A DNA stretch of 64,000 nucleotides from Eledone cirrhosa (taxonomy: Eukaryota): assembly GCA_964016885.1 (NCBI GenBank), contig OZ024740.1:234236001-234300000 (forward strand), in the 5' to 3' direction. How positions within the stretch are numbered: the stretch's first letter is position 1; the number at the start of each line of letters is the position of its first letter. This document shows positions 26,521-41,600 of the stretch, piece by piece. Made by a program: the position numbers and the translations under genes. The notes below the pieces were generated by a model, which was not told the DNA's origin, did not search any database, and saw only the letters and a list, made by a program, of their open reading frames with translations.

Positions 26521-28761
26521 CAGGTGCTGGGAACTGGCATTGCCTACTGATTTCTAACATCTCCAGCTTTCCTTTCATTTTTCTTACCACAAAATCTTGT
26601 TATACAAGATTGCTCTTGAGGTAAGATGGGCTCATACTACCTTTACCTGACAAACTTCACACAAACTCGGGCACATATGTTAACCCATGTGTGCACTTCA
26701 TTTCTCATCTCTTTATTTCATGTTCTTTTTTATTATCCTCTTTGATGCATTGATCCTCTTACATCTATATCTTTTCTTTCCCTATTCATTCTATTTTTGT
26801 TCAATTTTCATTTTTTTATTTCTTTTATTATGTCTTCAGATTACTTATACTGTTATGGAGAAATAACTTATTTCTACCATCTGAATAACATTAAAATGAA
26901 CAACTTGTATTTCCACATTACATGCTTTACATGTAGCACCATAGAAATAAGATAACTGCTATTATCTTATTAAAGTCATCCGTATCTGCTAGAAACTGTA
27001 TATATGCTCACTCTCACTCTCTATCTCTCTAAAAGCAGCATCTCTGTGAAAATTCTTTCAGACAGGTGACATCAATCTTTAATATGGCAGCTCATTGAAC
27101 TTAGCATATATTCTCCCCCTTTCTCAAGGAATCCACATCAACCAAGAGCGTTAAGTTTAAGCTAATCAATAATGATTATTTCTGCTACTTTTCTAAAAAT
27201 AAACTAAAATATCTCATTGGTGACATACAGAAACCCATGAATATAAGAAAATATAAGACTCATTACATTCTAAAAATAAATGAAAATATTGGTATCATTT
27301 CTGCTATATTTATCAATTATAAAAGTATCTATAACTACTAGAAACTATATATATGATCTCTCATTTCGTAGTCCTTATGGTTCATATAACAATAACAGCA
27401 CAAAATAGCATTATTTCACTTACTTATACACAATTGATAATGGTTTGTGATTTAGGCACAAGGCCAGCAATTTTAAGGGAGGGCAACGTTAATTAAATCA
27501 ACTCCAGTGGGTTACTGGTACTTTATTTTATTGACCCAGTAAGGATGAAAGACAAAGCTAACCTAGGCAGGATTTAACCCTTTAGCATTTAAACCAGCCA
27601 AACAAACTGTGCCCAATGGGGGTAAATTTCCACCAGTTTGAGAACACTTGCACTCGTCCCTCACATAGTCAAGGTTGTACAGGAAAGGTAAATTCTCATT
27701 TAGTAGTGTAATAATAAAATACATTACATAATATTGTTTCTGCCACTGGGGAGATATTGTCTGTTTTGTTGGCATCTTTTAAGATAAATTCTTATGATTG
27801 TATACTGTATCTCTATGGTGTGTATTATTTGATATCATAATCATCATATGTTATCTAGTTGTTTAGAGATTTTGGATGTGGGTGTATCTATTTGCGATAA
27901 GGATCATAGGAGTTTGTTTTGTTAGCTTATTTTTATTGTGCCAAGATATGTGCAACACACCATATAAAACAGGAAAACATTAGTAGAAAACATATCTATA
28001 TGCTACAATTCCTCACAAAAATAAACCATTAGTGATGGAAGCCATACCCAGCATACACTAGTCACAAATAACACTAAACACCTGACTAATTAAACAATGA
28101 TAATTTCAACACTAATACTATCAACTTTGTCTACTATAGAGGTAACAACAGGCGTCAACATTACTTCATCATGGAACTGTGAAAGTAAAAAACCGTTGGC
28201 AGATGTGGTTTGCTTGGATGTTCTATTTATGACATGATTTGTACAATGAGAGGCTCTGTTTAAAGCCAACCCTTTCATGGAAAGTACTGGCACCAGCACT
28301 AGAGAGGTTATCATCTCTCTAGCAAAACTAATGAGTCCTATCTACCCTACATTGCCACCAACCATTGTACTCGATGTATTTTATGATGACACCAGAATGA
28401 GAGAGGTTGTCTTCTATGCGAGACAAAAGAGCTTTCTCTACAATAAATTGTTTGCGTTAGTTCAAGAAAAATGTGACAAAGACGGTGAATAGAAGAGAAA
28501 TTTATGACAGAGAGAACCAGATCAAAAGGATGGAGGTAGAGAGAGTGATAAGAAGCTACATGTTGGTTGTTGGTTTAGAAATTGAAGAGAAAAACAGTTA
28601 GCAGGTGGGTAAGTGTTAAACATGAGGGTAGTAGCAAGAAGGGAGGGTAGCAGAGGGAGATTTAATAGGAACATATTGTACTGGGGCCGACATGATCAAC
28701 TAAATCTCTTCAAGGCCTTGTCCCAGCAAAGCCAGTTTAATGATTGAAACCAACAAAAAAA

Positions 28762-28824
<63 letters not shown>

Positions 28825-29183
28825 TGAGAGAGCACACGGCCATTTCTGTTTACGTTTACATAACATATTGGTCCGACAAAAAGGATCAATAAAATAAAAA
28901 GAACACCATGGATTAACTTGAATGAGCTGAGCATAGTTGAGAGGGGGTGAGAAACATTGAGAGATATCGGAGGGAGAGGGGCGTTAGAACATCAACGCTG
29001 GTTGAGAAATTTACAAATTTCACACTGTGAAATTCGGTTATAACGAAATTCACTGCGTATTAAAAAAGATTCGTTGTAACGAAAAATTCTTTATAACGAG
29101 ATCGACCGAAACAAATCAAGCGTTGTTGGAAAAAATTTCGTTATACTGAAACAGTTCAGTATTCGTTTTAACGAAATATTACC

Positions 29184-29276
<93 letters not shown>

Positions 29277-29498
29277 GAGTATACACGCATACATACAAGT
29301 ATACATACATACGCATTGTTGCATACATACGCATTGTACTTAAGAAGTTCTGAAAAAGTGTGAATCAACACGTGGAACCTCTGACATTAATTGTCTGTGT
29401 GTCTATGGCAGAACATCTTCCAGAAATAAACTTTACGAACACAATTATTGTGATGATGATGATGATGTAAACCTAATCCCTTCATCTAATCCTCTCTC

Positions 29499-29499
<1 letters not shown>

Positions 29500-29562
<63 letters not shown>

Positions 29563-29643
29563 TATACATACACACAGACATACACACACACATATATATA
29601 TATATATACACATACATATACACACACACGTATATACATACAC

Positions 29644-29688
<45 letters not shown>

Positions 29689-29792
29689 TTATATATATAT
29701 ACACACATATATATACATACACACAGACATACACACACACATATATATATATATATACACATACATATACACACACACGTATATACATACAC

Positions 29793-29829
<37 letters not shown>

Positions 29830-29893
29830 TATATACACACACACATTATATATATATACACACATATATAAAAACACACACACATATATACAT

Positions 29894-29936
<43 letters not shown>

Positions 29937-30324
29937 CACACAAATATATATATATATATATACACACACACATATATATATATACACACATACACACACA
30001 CATATGTGTGTGTGTGTATGTGTGTATAGACACACACACACACAACTATACACACACACTGTAGAAATCTAATCGAGTGCCAGAGAACCACACACGCAAA
30101 CATTCATACATAACAGACACACACACACACACACACATACACACAGACGAAGTACTTGAAAGGAATATGGAAGTGGAGGAGAAATAATAGAATAGAAGGA
30201 GTGAGTGAGGAAAGAGGAGAAGAGAATAAAAGCAAAGGAGTGCATTACTCAACAGCAGCAGCACTCACGTGTCACCACATGTGATACCAGACGTGACTTA
30301 ACACTCAACAACATAAAGCAGGTT

Positions 30325-30355
<31 letters not shown>

Positions 30356-30478
30356 CACACATACACACACACATATATATGTGTGTGTGTGTATAGACAC
30401 ACACACACAACTATACACACACTGTAGAAATCTAATCGAGTGCCAGAGAACCACACACGCAAACATTCATACATAACA

Positions 30479-30530
<52 letters not shown>

Positions 30531-30799
30531 GTTTGTATGTGTGTATGTGTTTAGCTATAAATAAAATATATATACACATATGTGTATGCATATATATACA
30601 TATAGGTGTGTTTGTATGTATGTATGTATGTATGTATGTGTATAAGTATGTATATATATATATATATATATATACATACATATAGTGTGTGTGTATGTAT
30701 ATATAGATATAAATATAAATATAAATATATATATGTATGATATATACATATAAGTGTGTTTGTGTGCATATGTATATGTATATATATGTATATATATAT

Positions 30800-30831
<32 letters not shown>

Positions 30832-30895
30832 ATATATATATATATGTGTGTGTATATAATTATATATATACTTATACACACACACACACATATAT
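29500..30895. repeat. compound (TA)/(CA) microsatellite block with internal direct duplications
   Basis: 29550-29680 is repeated at 29690-29830; 30020-30135 is repeated at 30388-30500. Confidence 0.85.
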
Positions 30896-32555
30896 CACTT
30901 GAAATAAAGCTACGGTCTGATCCCCTTTCACAATAAGTTAAAGAATGTTTACGTATGTCTATGCCTGCGTGTATATATGTGTTTGTGTCTATGGGTGTGT
31001 GTGGTTGTGTCTATAAATGCTTGCATGTATATATATGCGTGCGTGCGTGAGTGTGTGTGATTAATTATTTTGGCATGTTTTCCGTTTGGACTTACACCAA
31101 CATCACGTTTATCAGTTAGTTACGCACGTACACACACACACATGCACAGACACAAACATACACACCGATATTAAGCAAGACGATTGTCCTTTACTCGTGC
31201 CAAGTCACATGTTCAGCTGTGACTCAGAGGTCTGCCACTATGACCACCACCATCACCACCACCACAGTAATCCCCATTACTAAAACCATGACCACCACCA
31301 CCACTGCCACACCATCACTACTATTACGCAATATTACAGTAGAATAAATAGCACCAACTCTACAACGAAGTTAGCGACAGAAAACAATTGAAACGATGCC
31401 GAAAAAAATCAATCAATTTAGCAGACGATATTTGGTTCGTTTCCACACCCTCACTTTGTTTAAGTTAGGGTGGTATGATCAAATAAAGAGCAGTGTCTAT
31501 CCTTTGCCCTTAGAATTAACAAACTAGTTGAGGACGTTGTAGTTGGTGTCCAAGACTTGCATATCAATATTTAAGGGACACTGAGTTGAAGGACGGTGAG
31601 AAAATGGTTACTTCCCCAAGTTTGATGAAGTCTATGCTTCGCTGAGAAAGTCTAATAAGAAGGAAACATGACCGTAGTTGCTTCCCATATTTGTTAAAAT
31701 GATTAAATATATTATTGAGCTACTGCTGCCTTTTCCTTGCCGCATTATTATATCTGAATGGTTGTTTGATGGTATGGGCCGGTTAAATAGACATTTCTAC
31801 CTATTCCTATTTGTTAGAAACCATTATTATTATTATTTCATTTCGTAGAGTGGTGGATTGGCTGAAACGTTAGAACGTCTGATCAAATGTTTGCAGTATT
31901 TCTTCTGGGGTCGATAAAATAAAGTGCTAGTTAAGTACTGGAGTATCATATTTGCTGGTGGCTGGTTTGTTGGTTGGCTACAAATTGTCGTATGATTTTA
32001 CATATTAAGCCTCGTCAGAAAGGAAAAGTATCAATGTTTCGAGCATAGGTTCTTTTTCAAGACCAACGTCCGTTAATATTTTTACACTCCCACACGTCTA
32101 ACTTTATTAATTTTTCCTACAATTTTAAATATGTTTAAACCATTGCTTTACTAGTCAATGCTGGCTTACAATGGAGTCCTTGCATTCTGGATTTCGTACT
32201 TACAATTGGTTTTAATACATACAAACATTTACATAAAAGTATTAATAGAACATTAAATAATTTTATCAATTAATCACGGGAATGGGTCTGGTTGGTTTAT
32301 ATTATTATGCAATGGGGTCGTAGTCGGTATTATTTACGGATGGGGACATTCAGTGATTACTTTGCGTTTGTTCTAGGTGTATTCACGTTCAGATTTGGGT
32401 GTTTGACGGTACTATATATATATATGATGATTTCTCAAGAATGAAACAGTTCTAGTCCTGTAGAATCTCATCTATATTAAAACTTTTAAACTCTGCTATA
32501 TATTGAGTACCTTACTTACTGTGGTTACCTCCGATTCAACCCGGAATAACTTACC

Positions 32556-32643
<88 letters not shown>

Positions 32644-32682
32644 TTATATGTGAATTTATCTATATACATATTTACACACACA

Positions 32683-32725
<43 letters not shown>

Positions 32726-32767
32726 TTATTTTATAGAAGGAGCTTCTACAGGACTAGTACTGTTTCA

Positions 32768-32812
32768 TTCCTGAAGATTTCATCTGAATGAAACAGTACT
32801 AGTCCTGTAGAA
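32768..32812 (+). ncRNA. type I hammerhead ribozyme, family A
   Basis: TTC-CTGAAGA-t-TTC-atct-GAA-t-GAA-ACAG-tactagtc-CTGT-A-GAA; lies in a palindrome spanning ~32725-32835. Confidence 0.6.
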
Positions 32813-32901
32813 GCTCCTTCTATAAAATAAAAAAAATTTACTCTGCCATGTATTGAGTACCTTACTTACTGTGGTTATCCCCGACTCAACCCGGGACCTA
32901 C

Positions 32902-32937
<36 letters not shown>

Positions 32938-33198
32938 TATATATCATATATATCATATATATATATATATATATATATACTTGTGTACATACACGCTGAA
33001 TAATTACCTCAAATTCCCGCGCGCACATACAACCCCACCGCACCCCCACCCCGCGCCTCTATCCCTCCCACAAACAGCCTTATAAACTAGGCTGCAACCG
33101 ACAGGCACAACAAACTAACATAACAAGAGACAGTTTGATTTTTTAAATACATGTGTCAATAAACGTGGTTAAAATTCGGACGGACACTCACATATACT

Positions 33199-33241
<43 letters not shown>

Positions 33242-33613
33242 GTATAATACCAGCCTTATCTAATCACCAAACTTTGTAAAGTGGACTATAAATACTTCTT
33301 CACATGGCCTTATTTTGGCTGCTGGGTGGTTTGGAAAGCAGGGTGGTTGGTAACTGGTAGTGGTATGGGTGCCACTGCTTCTAACATGCAGTTGTTACGG
33401 CGTAAAAATATTCTCCACCTCCACATCCCAAAGACCACTACCTTCACACCCTCCCCCAGACCTCCATAAAAACGTGTCAATACAAGTGTTTCTAATCATT
33501 TTGGTTTTATTTTTTCTCGTTATTCCGTTTGTTGTTTTTCCTTGAATACACACAGACACACACACATATAACATAAATAATTATTCACACACACACACAT
33601 ACACACACACATT

Positions 33614-33691
<78 letters not shown>

Positions 33692-33766
33692 TATATATAT
33701 ATACACATATATATATATACACACATATATATATACACATATATATATATATAATTATTCACAAAC

Positions 33767-33802
<36 letters not shown>

Positions 33803-34017
33803 GCCTGTATGTATGTGTGTCTATGTGTGCTTAGAGTGAACGTTTATATGTATAATATAGGGAATGTGCCTTTGTACTTCTATATGTATGTTAAGTGGGA
33901 GACAGTAACAAACAATATAACGGGCGGGTTCCATCTGGAATTTTAATTATTGAATTGTTTTATTTTTATGTATGTTGAGTACACGTGAATATGTATTTGC
34001 AGACATATGTGTGCATT

Positions 34018-34192
34018 ATTGGCAGTATCGGTAGAGGGTTGGACGCCATGCTTTCTAGCATAGTTACGTCCCTTTACGGTTTGAGTTCAAATCCCGCCGA
34101 GGTTGACTTTGCCTTTCATCCTTACGGGGTCGATAAAATAAAGTACCAGTAATGTACTGGGTAATTGCTGGCGTTGTGTCTAAAGTAGAAAC

Positions 34193-34197
<5 letters not shown>
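34018..34197 (+). mobile_element. tRNA-derived SINE (same family)
   Basis: Near-identical to 61315-61503. Confidence 0.85.
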
Positions 34198-34238
<41 letters not shown>

Positions 34239-34270
34239 GTTTATATATATATATATATATATGTAGTAAT

Positions 34271-34322
34271 GGCTTCTACAGGACTAGAACTGTTTCATTC
34301 GGAGGAAATCATCAGGAAAGCC
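34271..34322 (-). ncRNA. type I hammerhead ribozyme, family A
   Basis: Minus strand GGCTTTC-CTGATGA-t-TTC-ctcc-GAA-t-GAA-ACAG-ttctagtc-CTGT-A-GAAGCC; an inverted partial copy lacking CTGATGA follows at 34327-34370. Confidence 0.75.
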
Positions 34323-35478
34323 GATGGGCTTTCCTCCGAATGAAACAGTTCTAGTCCTGTAGAAGCCATTTCTAAATTAAATATTTATACTCTGCTATGT
34401 ATTGAGTACCTTAATTACTTACCTAAGACACTAAATACTCTGAAATACACATGTACACATAGATTTCAACGAATACACTTCTCTATACACCTTAATCGCC
34501 TACACATTTGGATAACGCCTACACAAGCATAAATTTGCAGGTGTGTGTGTGTGTGTGTGCGGTACAAGGACCGGGAAGACCATAAATGAGAGTACCATTC
34601 GATGCGTGGAGGGGTTCAGAGTGAATATATTAATGAGGTAGTGATTTGACCGCGATTTCAACTTGTAACCTCTTCAATCGAATCTCTACCTCATTAATAT
34701 ATTATATATATATATATATATACATCTTATTCCAAGTTTCTTTATTCTCCTACACTGTCTTTTTCTCCCATTTACTTTCTAATTCGCCGATTCTTTTTAT
34801 CCCCCGCCTACATCCCACTAAGATGTAATACACACATCAACTTTCTGTTTTTATCTCAGAACCTCCTGGAAAATGACAAAATTTCCCTCCACCTTTTGTA
34901 CTAATTCATGAAATTAAATTTGGCGATCATAAATTTCGGGCTTCACATAGAAAAGATCTGACCAGGGAAACAATGTTTCTTTTGATTTTTCCATTGTGAA
35001 CAGATCTGCAACGCGAAATAAGTATTTTACTCAAGAACACAATACACTGCTCGGTTCAGGAATCGAACCACCCTAAACACTAAACCACACGCCTACACAA
35101 CTTTTGGGGCGAATAAAATTGTTATGTGTATATATGATTCTAACAACTAATATAACATAGAACACTTATTAATATCATTCTTCCATAACGCAATGTGGAA
35201 TATTGTGTCTTTTGAAAGGTGTGTTGGGTAATTTAATGAACAAAAAAAGAAAAAAAAATCAGAACAAAAGTTTAAATGGATTCTTTAAAATAAAATTACA
35301 CTAATTTTTGTCAAGTTAATTAAAATAGATTACTTGTTCCAAAGTGTAATTACTGCCTGCAATACACCTGCTGAAGGAAAACCACACGGAATTCTAGTAC
35401 ATACTCAAGTTCAAGATTACATGACTTTTAGTCAAATCATATATTAGTGTTCAATGTGTGTTATATTTTACTTGCTTT

Positions 35479-35555
<77 letters not shown>

Positions 35556-36879
35556 ATGTCGAGTGCTTTTTCAGTTGTTTGATACACACACACTAACAAA
35601 GATATATTAAAATAAATTATCCTTTGCGGCATATAGTTACGTCCCTTTGCGTTCTGAGTTCAAATCCCACCATGCTTAGCTTTTCATCTTTAAGGGGTCA
35701 GTAAAAAATAGTACCAGTAATCGACTTTCCCTTCCCCTAAAATTGTTGGCCTTGTGCCTAAATCAGAAACCATTATCAGTATGAAGTCGCCTTTTCTGGC
35801 CTTGTGCCTAAATCAGAAACCATTATTATCATTAAGTCGCCTTTTAAGTGTTAATAAATAGCCAGAAGACAATTATAACGCAGTCCATATATATGAAAGA
35901 AATACGTAACAGATCACAATATATGCATGTATATATCACATACACACACACACACGTATAGTGATGTTTTGCACATTTCTTTCGTATATGAACTGCGTTG
36001 TCATTGTCTACAAGTTATGTATTGTCACATAATAATCGACTTAGAATAATTTGTTTAAATTATTTTAAGTGTTATTTATAGTATATAAATGAAATGTGAT
36101 ATTTTTCCAAAAGAAAATTGATACTTTTCTCCTCCCCGTGTCATTATTTTCGTTCACCTATATATAATATAAACCACTGTTTACTGAAAACGATTTTCAG
36201 TTTTAGATTAAATCTCTCTACCTTGACCAAAGTGGAAAACAATTCAGCTGTCAAGTATGCAGGTTTAGCAGGCATCCTACAAGGTTGCAGGTTTAGCAGG
36301 CATCCTACAAGGTTGCATCTCATAGGAAGTTCCTTGGTTGTTTTCATGATACAACCAGTTCGAGCATGAAAAGCAAGGTAAAATGAAGTACCTTGCTCAA
36401 GAACACAATGCGCTGCCTAGTCAAGGAATCAAATCTCCCACTTATGATTGTGTATCTAACGTTCTATAACCACTAGGCTACACACCTTCACGCTTTGATA
36501 AAAGATTCTATTTTGAATGAGGCAGTACATTTTAAAACTTATTGAAAAATTAATTTTTACCAAGTACAATGAAACAGCCACTTGATATGTAATATAAAAT
36601 ATCGTTTTCTGGGTACCAATGGCTTCTAATGGGCTGAAATTGCATGGTTTTGTTCTTTTCATTATTGGAAGTATCTTTACTTTTTTTTCTTTTATAGTAT
36701 GCAAAACTTTGAACCGAATTTTAAATTTGTAAAATGGAATTCCTATATATCACATATATTTCCGTAAAATTACATTAGCCTAAGAATATTTTTCAAAGAA
36801 ATATCAAGTCTCTTAAAATATGTAGAATTTTGTTTGTTTAACAATTTTTGTAATAAAATCTTTCGTAACCGTCAGTAAA

Positions 36880-37058
36880 TAATTGTTTCTACTTTAGGCA
36901 CAAGGCCAGCAAATACCCAGTGCATTACTGGTACTTTATTTTATCGACCCCGTAAGGATGAAAGGCAAAGTCAACCTAGGCGGGATTTGAACTCAGATCG
37001 TAAAGGGACGTAACTATGTTGGAAAGCATGGCGTCCGACCCTCTACCGATACTGCCAA
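36880..37058 (-). mobile_element. tRNA-derived SINE (same family)
   Basis: Reverse complement of the consensus. Confidence 0.85.
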
Positions 37059-38790
37059 ATGATTTCTAATTCAGGTATAAGGCCAAAATGTGTGGGAGAG
37101 GGAGCGTCGATGATATGGACCCCGATAAGAGGCTCGTAATTTATTATAAAACAGTCAGTAAATAAAAAAAAAATTAACTTTTCATGTTTCGAAATACTAA
37201 TACATAAAGAAAAAAAATGGGACCGTTCCAACTACAACATAGAATATTAACTGCAAGAGTGGCGCTTCCATTAGGCCAACTAGGCAGCCGCATAAGAAGA
37301 AGACTTCAGAGAGGCACGTTACTGAACCTTAAAAGATCATAGTTCTATATGTATTCTAATAATTAAACAAGCTTTTTGATAAATTAATTACTAAACATCT
37401 TTGCTTGGCAGCCTTGACGGAGTATCAAAATCGGTTATAGCTATGTACATGGTCATTATTTAAATGGAAAACATTGCAAAATAGTGAAAGCTTATAAACT
37501 TCTTCTCCCGTTCCAATTTCTTTATTCTCCCACATTGTCTTTTGCTCTTTCTCACACTTTCTGTCGTTCAACCTCACTCAGTTTCTGAGATAGAGGACTA
37601 GGATGTTGGGGAGGATGATGATGATGGTGGGGATGAGGTGGAGACAAGAAAAGAAAAGAGTGTAGTCGGCAGCCACATTAGACTTAGTACTAAAGAGAAA
37701 GGTTGTGACAATCTGTAAAATAAAACGAAACAACGCAAATATAGATAAGGTACTCTCGACTTTTCTTGAGAATACAATGATTCATTAAAAGATTATGGAA
37801 TTTTTTCATTTTATGTATATATGTAAATAAGTTTATATCTCAGTGTATTTATATATGGGTGCGTAGCGGGTACATAAAGCCTACATATATGCATGTGGTT
37901 GTATATGGAGTGTAATATGTTGGCAGATGTATATAATTTTGTACGTACTTATGTATATCGTTCTATGTGGAGGGAGGGAGGGAACACCACACAGTTTTCG
38001 TCACACTTTCTCTATCCTACACAGATTTTCTTCGTCACTCTCTAATGTTCACCCTGAGGGACATAATGCACGTGTTTCTTTCTCTCTCTCTCTCTCTCTC
38101 TCTCTCAATACACAGATTTATATAAAACATATACACAATTAATACACACAATTTGATAATTACGCTATCTGTAGGATAGCGTGTTTGCGCCATTATATAT
38201 ATACACACACACACACACACACTTGAAACCGAAAGGTTTATAAGTAAATTTATTTGATAACGACCAGTTCTCTCACAACAGCTATCTGTACTTAATTGAC
38301 GCCCACCAATAAATTAGTTCAACAAGGCAGATCAGTCGGAAATGAGTTTCATTCAGCTTCCTTTTATGGTCGTGGTTTCCCTTTTACTTAAATTCAATTT
38401 AATTTTATTGTCTCGTATGTTATATACGCGAAGAGCAACATCTCCTTACCACATTTCCTTCGTTATATATATATGTATATATATATATATAACGAAGGAA
38501 ATGTGGTAAGGAACCAGGTGGACCATAACGCACGAAAGTACTCAATACTTAGGGTAGTAGAGTGGGTAATAGGAACGAGTAGGATCCCGACGGCTGAGCT
38601 CAAGCCGTTTCGACAACTAATTCTGCCGAATTCTCCAGAATTAGCCGTCGTAACGGCTTGAGCTCAGCCGTCGGGGTCCTACTCGTTCCTATATATATAT
38701 ATATATATATATGCAAATGGAAAACGAGACAGTACAATCACAATGAAGAAATATATTATTAGTTTTACGCTTGATATAGTAGGAAAAGAG

Positions 38791-38826
38791 TCTTAACGTT
38801 TCGGACGCTAGTCCTTCATCAGAAGA
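38791..38826 (-). ncRNA. type I minimal hammerhead ribozyme
   Basis: Minus strand TCTT-CTGATGA-a-GGAC-tagc-GTCC-GAA-ACGT-T-AAGA; palindromic ACGT stem III typical of dimer-acting Penelope hammerheads. Confidence 0.75.
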
Positions 38827-39196
38827 TAGAATGAGAAATTAAAGAAGAAATAGAACGATTGAGGAGACAGACAGGGCGGAAATGGAAAACATTTTTTTAA
38901 AGAAAAGTAACAGGTGCATTCATGTTGCCATCTCTTATATATATACATATATATAAGTGGTTGCCATCTCTTATATATACATATATATATAAGTAAGTGG
39001 TTGACCTAAGCATTGAGAAAATTTTAAATCTGAAGTGGTGCGTCCCAAAGCAAATGGCCATCATTATAAATAATCGTTGAGATAATCCGTCTGCAGGAGT
39101 ATTTTACCTGATTTCCTTAACTAACCATTATAGTAGTGATTGAGTATTATTATGGCTACACACACACATACATATATACAGGGTGTCCCAAAAAGA

Positions 39197-39359
39197 TGTA
39201 TACATATATATATATATATATATGTATACATATATATATATATGTATATACATATATATATATATGTATATATATGTATACATATATATATATATATGTA
39301 TATATATGTATACATATATATATATGTATATATATATATGTATACATATATATGTATAC

Positions 39360-39433
<74 letters not shown>

Positions 39434-39745
39434 GTATACATATATATGTATGTATACATATATATGTATACATATATATGTATGTATACATATGTATACA
39501 TATATATGTATGTATATATATGTATACATATATATATGTATGTATATATTATATGTATACATATATATATATATGTATGTATACATATATATGTATACAT
39601 ATATATGTATACATATATATGTATACATATATATGTATACATATATATGTATACATATATATGTATACATATATATGTATGTATATATATGTATACATAT
39701 ATATGTATACATATGTATGTATGTATGTATGTATGTATATGTGTG
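39197..39745. repeat. ~550-bp compound (TA)n/TGTATACA microsatellite, preceded by a Tc1/mariner-like TIR stub TACAGGGTGTCCCAAAA
   Basis: Direct reading; produces the spurious Y/I-rich ORFs. Confidence 0.9.
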
Positions 39746-40122
39746 TGCGCGCGCGCGTAATATAATTATATATATTATTATATTACATTATATTACATTA
39801 TATTCAATCCCGCCGAGGTTAATTTTGCCTTTCATCCTTACGGGGTCGATAAAATAAAGTACCAGTAATGCACTGGGTAATTGCTGGCCTTGTGCCTAAA
39901 GAAGAAACAATTATATTCAACTATAAGCGAGTCCTCCGGTACCAGTTTGTAATCTCACAAGCATCTTCAAAGGACGAGTTTATATATGTATATATATGGT
40001 GTGTGTGTGTGCGTGTATCGATATATCTACACATAGGTTTACTCATATTCGTTTGTATACAAACGAATATTTTGCAAACGTTCTGAACATAAACACAAAC
40101 ACGTGCGGGCATGTACACACAC

Positions 40123-40175
<53 letters not shown>

Positions 40176-40260
40176 CCCCGGGTGTTCCCCAAAAATGTAT
40201 ACACACTTCAACAGCATTCTAATCAAAGTGTGTGAGAATCCTAATATATATATATACATG

Positions 40261-40300
<40 letters not shown>

Positions 40301-41229
40301 TGTATGTGTGTGTGTATATATATATATATAGGCATGCATGTATGTATGTATGTATGTATATGTGCGTCGTCATTTATCCAAAGTTGAATTTGCATTAATT
40401 GCTACTCGGAGTTTTATGGTTCTGGCTGACTGAGACTTGTAAACAGGTCATTGCGTGTCGAATCAACACTATAACAACAAAAACAATAACACAGAAAAAA
40501 AAAAAACTTTTATTTTTTCCCCCCACCCTGTCAATTTAACAACCACCGCTTATAATTTGAAGTCCTCATGATTGCATTCTCATTATAAGAATGCCAAAGA
40601 TTCTAAATATACTGGTTCGTATAAAGTCTAACCTACGCTGTATCCAGACAGCTCGGTGCTGGTCTTTTGGGTTGAACAATGTACCGCTGTGGTTTTTAGC
40701 CTCCGATCAACTTTGAGCAAACCACGCGTATTTTTAGGGTTATCAAGGGCAATATTATTTACGTGTCCTTCCTACTTTAAGATGTTATTTGAGGGAGATT
40801 TAGCTTCTATTTCTAGCAGGTAGAAGGCCGCTTAGATGTAACCTCGTAAGCTCGTGTGTCTTTTTTTAAAAATATATTTTCATTTGATTTGGTGGAGGTG
40901 GTTATGCTCAATGCCTTCAGCCCTATAGAGACCGGTCAGACTGACCGTGTTAAGCAATGATGCGTAAACTTTTTTTCAGAAAGTGATCCACAAAATTCAT
41001 GAGGAAAACTTGTACCACCAAATATAAATTTACTTTTAATTGCATTATTTAACACAGTAAATTGAACGTAGTGCATTACTGGTCCGTTCCGCTTAAACTA
41101 TTCTAAGTCAATGACTGCAGGAAAGTCAGGTGCAGAGGGGGGGGGGGGGGGATTCCGGAGGGCCGACGCTCAGGAAAGAATGGATTGGGTATAGTGGTTA
41201 GTACAGACCTGTAAGGTTAACGAAATATG

Positions 41230-41600
41230 TGATGTAAGGAGGAAAAGCGACTGAGCCAAGAGTGCCTGACTTAAGGTAGGAGACCATCATAGTACTAGCA
41301 GAAAAGGCATGGAGAGGAGATAGCATGTCTGTGGACCTGAGATTTATGTTTCTGTGGGTTACTTCATGCCAATCAAATGAGTGGTCTTTCTCTGGATGTC
41401 TAAGATATCTATGTGTAGAAGCAGCGCTGTCCCAGACATGGGAGCAGTACTCCACCGTGAGTCTCACCCGAGCTTTACAAAAAGTTAATAATTGATGGGG
41501 AGAGGATGAAGTGTCCTCTGATACTGAACAGAAAAGTCAGTATTTAAGATGATGTCTTTGCTATGTTGAGCGGCACTGTCAGTCAGTTCTGCTGAGGGCC
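41230..41600 (-). mobile_element. CR1/L2-group LINE RT C-terminal fragment
   Basis: KARVRLTVEYCSHVWDSA resembles the conserved RPxLEYCSxVW motif. Confidence 0.6.

Noticed and set aside
28090-28492. Overlapping 71-74-aa ORFs as possible upstream cwo exons
   Set aside because: No recognisable homology or convincing splice sites in phase with the 22830 acceptor.
32005-32065. Hammerhead-like remnants on the minus strand (also ~56950-56976)
   Set aside because: Cores mutated or truncated; treated as decayed relatives of 38791 and not counted.
34625-34705. Small inverted repeat with TTGAAGA...GAAA-TCGCG-GTC on the minus strand
   Set aside because: C3 mutated and stems I/II unconvincing.
39121-39857. 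170-224-aa Y/I/M/C-rich ORFs (also at 15.5, 18, 22, 29.5, 30.5 kb)
   Set aside because: Translations of (TA)n/(CA)n microsatellites that lack stop codons.
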